From Marsupella aquatica (Eukaryota > Plantae > Marchantiophyta), in NCBI GenBank assembly GCA_973895155.1, contig OZ316897.1, positions 21,675,455 to 21,739,454 of the forward strand: 64,000 nucleotides of DNA, in the 5' to 3' direction. The notes beneath the pieces were generated by a model. It was given only the letters and a program-made list of their open reading frames with translations, did not search any database and was not told where the DNA came from. Within the stretch, counting starts at the first letter, position 1. Each line of letters starts with the position of its first letter. Positions 63,719 to 64,000 of this stretch are shown piece by piece. Position numbers and translations under genes: made by a program.

Positions 63719-64000
63719 TGTCATGGGGATTCTTTATTTAATCAGATCCTCATAAGTATAGCTTATTAGTAAAGGATAGTAGTTTGAATTTTGGCATAAT
63801 ATGCATGTATGCATGCTACATTGCACGGTCTATAGTGTGCATGCTATAGTGTATGATCTACAGTGTGCATGTTACAATATATTGTCTACAGTTGCTCCAC
63901 TCACGTAACTACACTACTAGCACACTTATTTACTTTGGATATGTGACACATGGCTTCCATTCGTGTGCCATGCTTGATCCGTGTGCTCGAGGTGTGAATA
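63719..64000 (+). mobile_element. Start of another related gypsy LTR, running off the window
   Basis: TGTC start, AT-rich then short tandem repeats, and ACTAGCACACT...GACAC.TGGC...GCTTGATCC resembling 59005-59070. Confidence 0.6.

Overview
Eukaryotic, intron-containing land-plant DNA. Gene content and style suggest a bryophyte or liverwort, but this is inferred only. The first ~27 kb is genic. It holds a complete 6-exon CYP704-type cytochrome P450 (+), a non-autonomous Helitron, a partial duplicate of the P450 3' region, a multi-exon AFG1/ZapE-family mitochondrial ATPase (-) and, divergently, a 6-exon GH30 glycoside hydrolase (+) with a long transit-peptide-like, twin-Arg N-terminus. From ~28.5 kb to the end is a nested transposon block: a degenerate PIF/Harbinger element, two CACTA (En/Spm) elements, a 5'-truncated Ty1/copia whose LTR is split by a solo LTR, and Ty3/gypsy pieces. 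The most unusual signals are cargo genes in or beside the DNA transposons. These are (i) a prokaryote-type beta-class N4C/N6A DNA methyltransferase fragment, apparently spliced in frame to a Ulp1/SUMO-protease-like exon, next to a CACTA transposase remnant; (ii) an intact ORF of two DNA-polymerase-lambda-type BRCT domains upstream of a CACTA transposase; and (iii) an RPA1-like Zn-ribbon OB-fold gene at the left end of the Harbinger element. All family assignments come from motif recognition by eye, not database searches.
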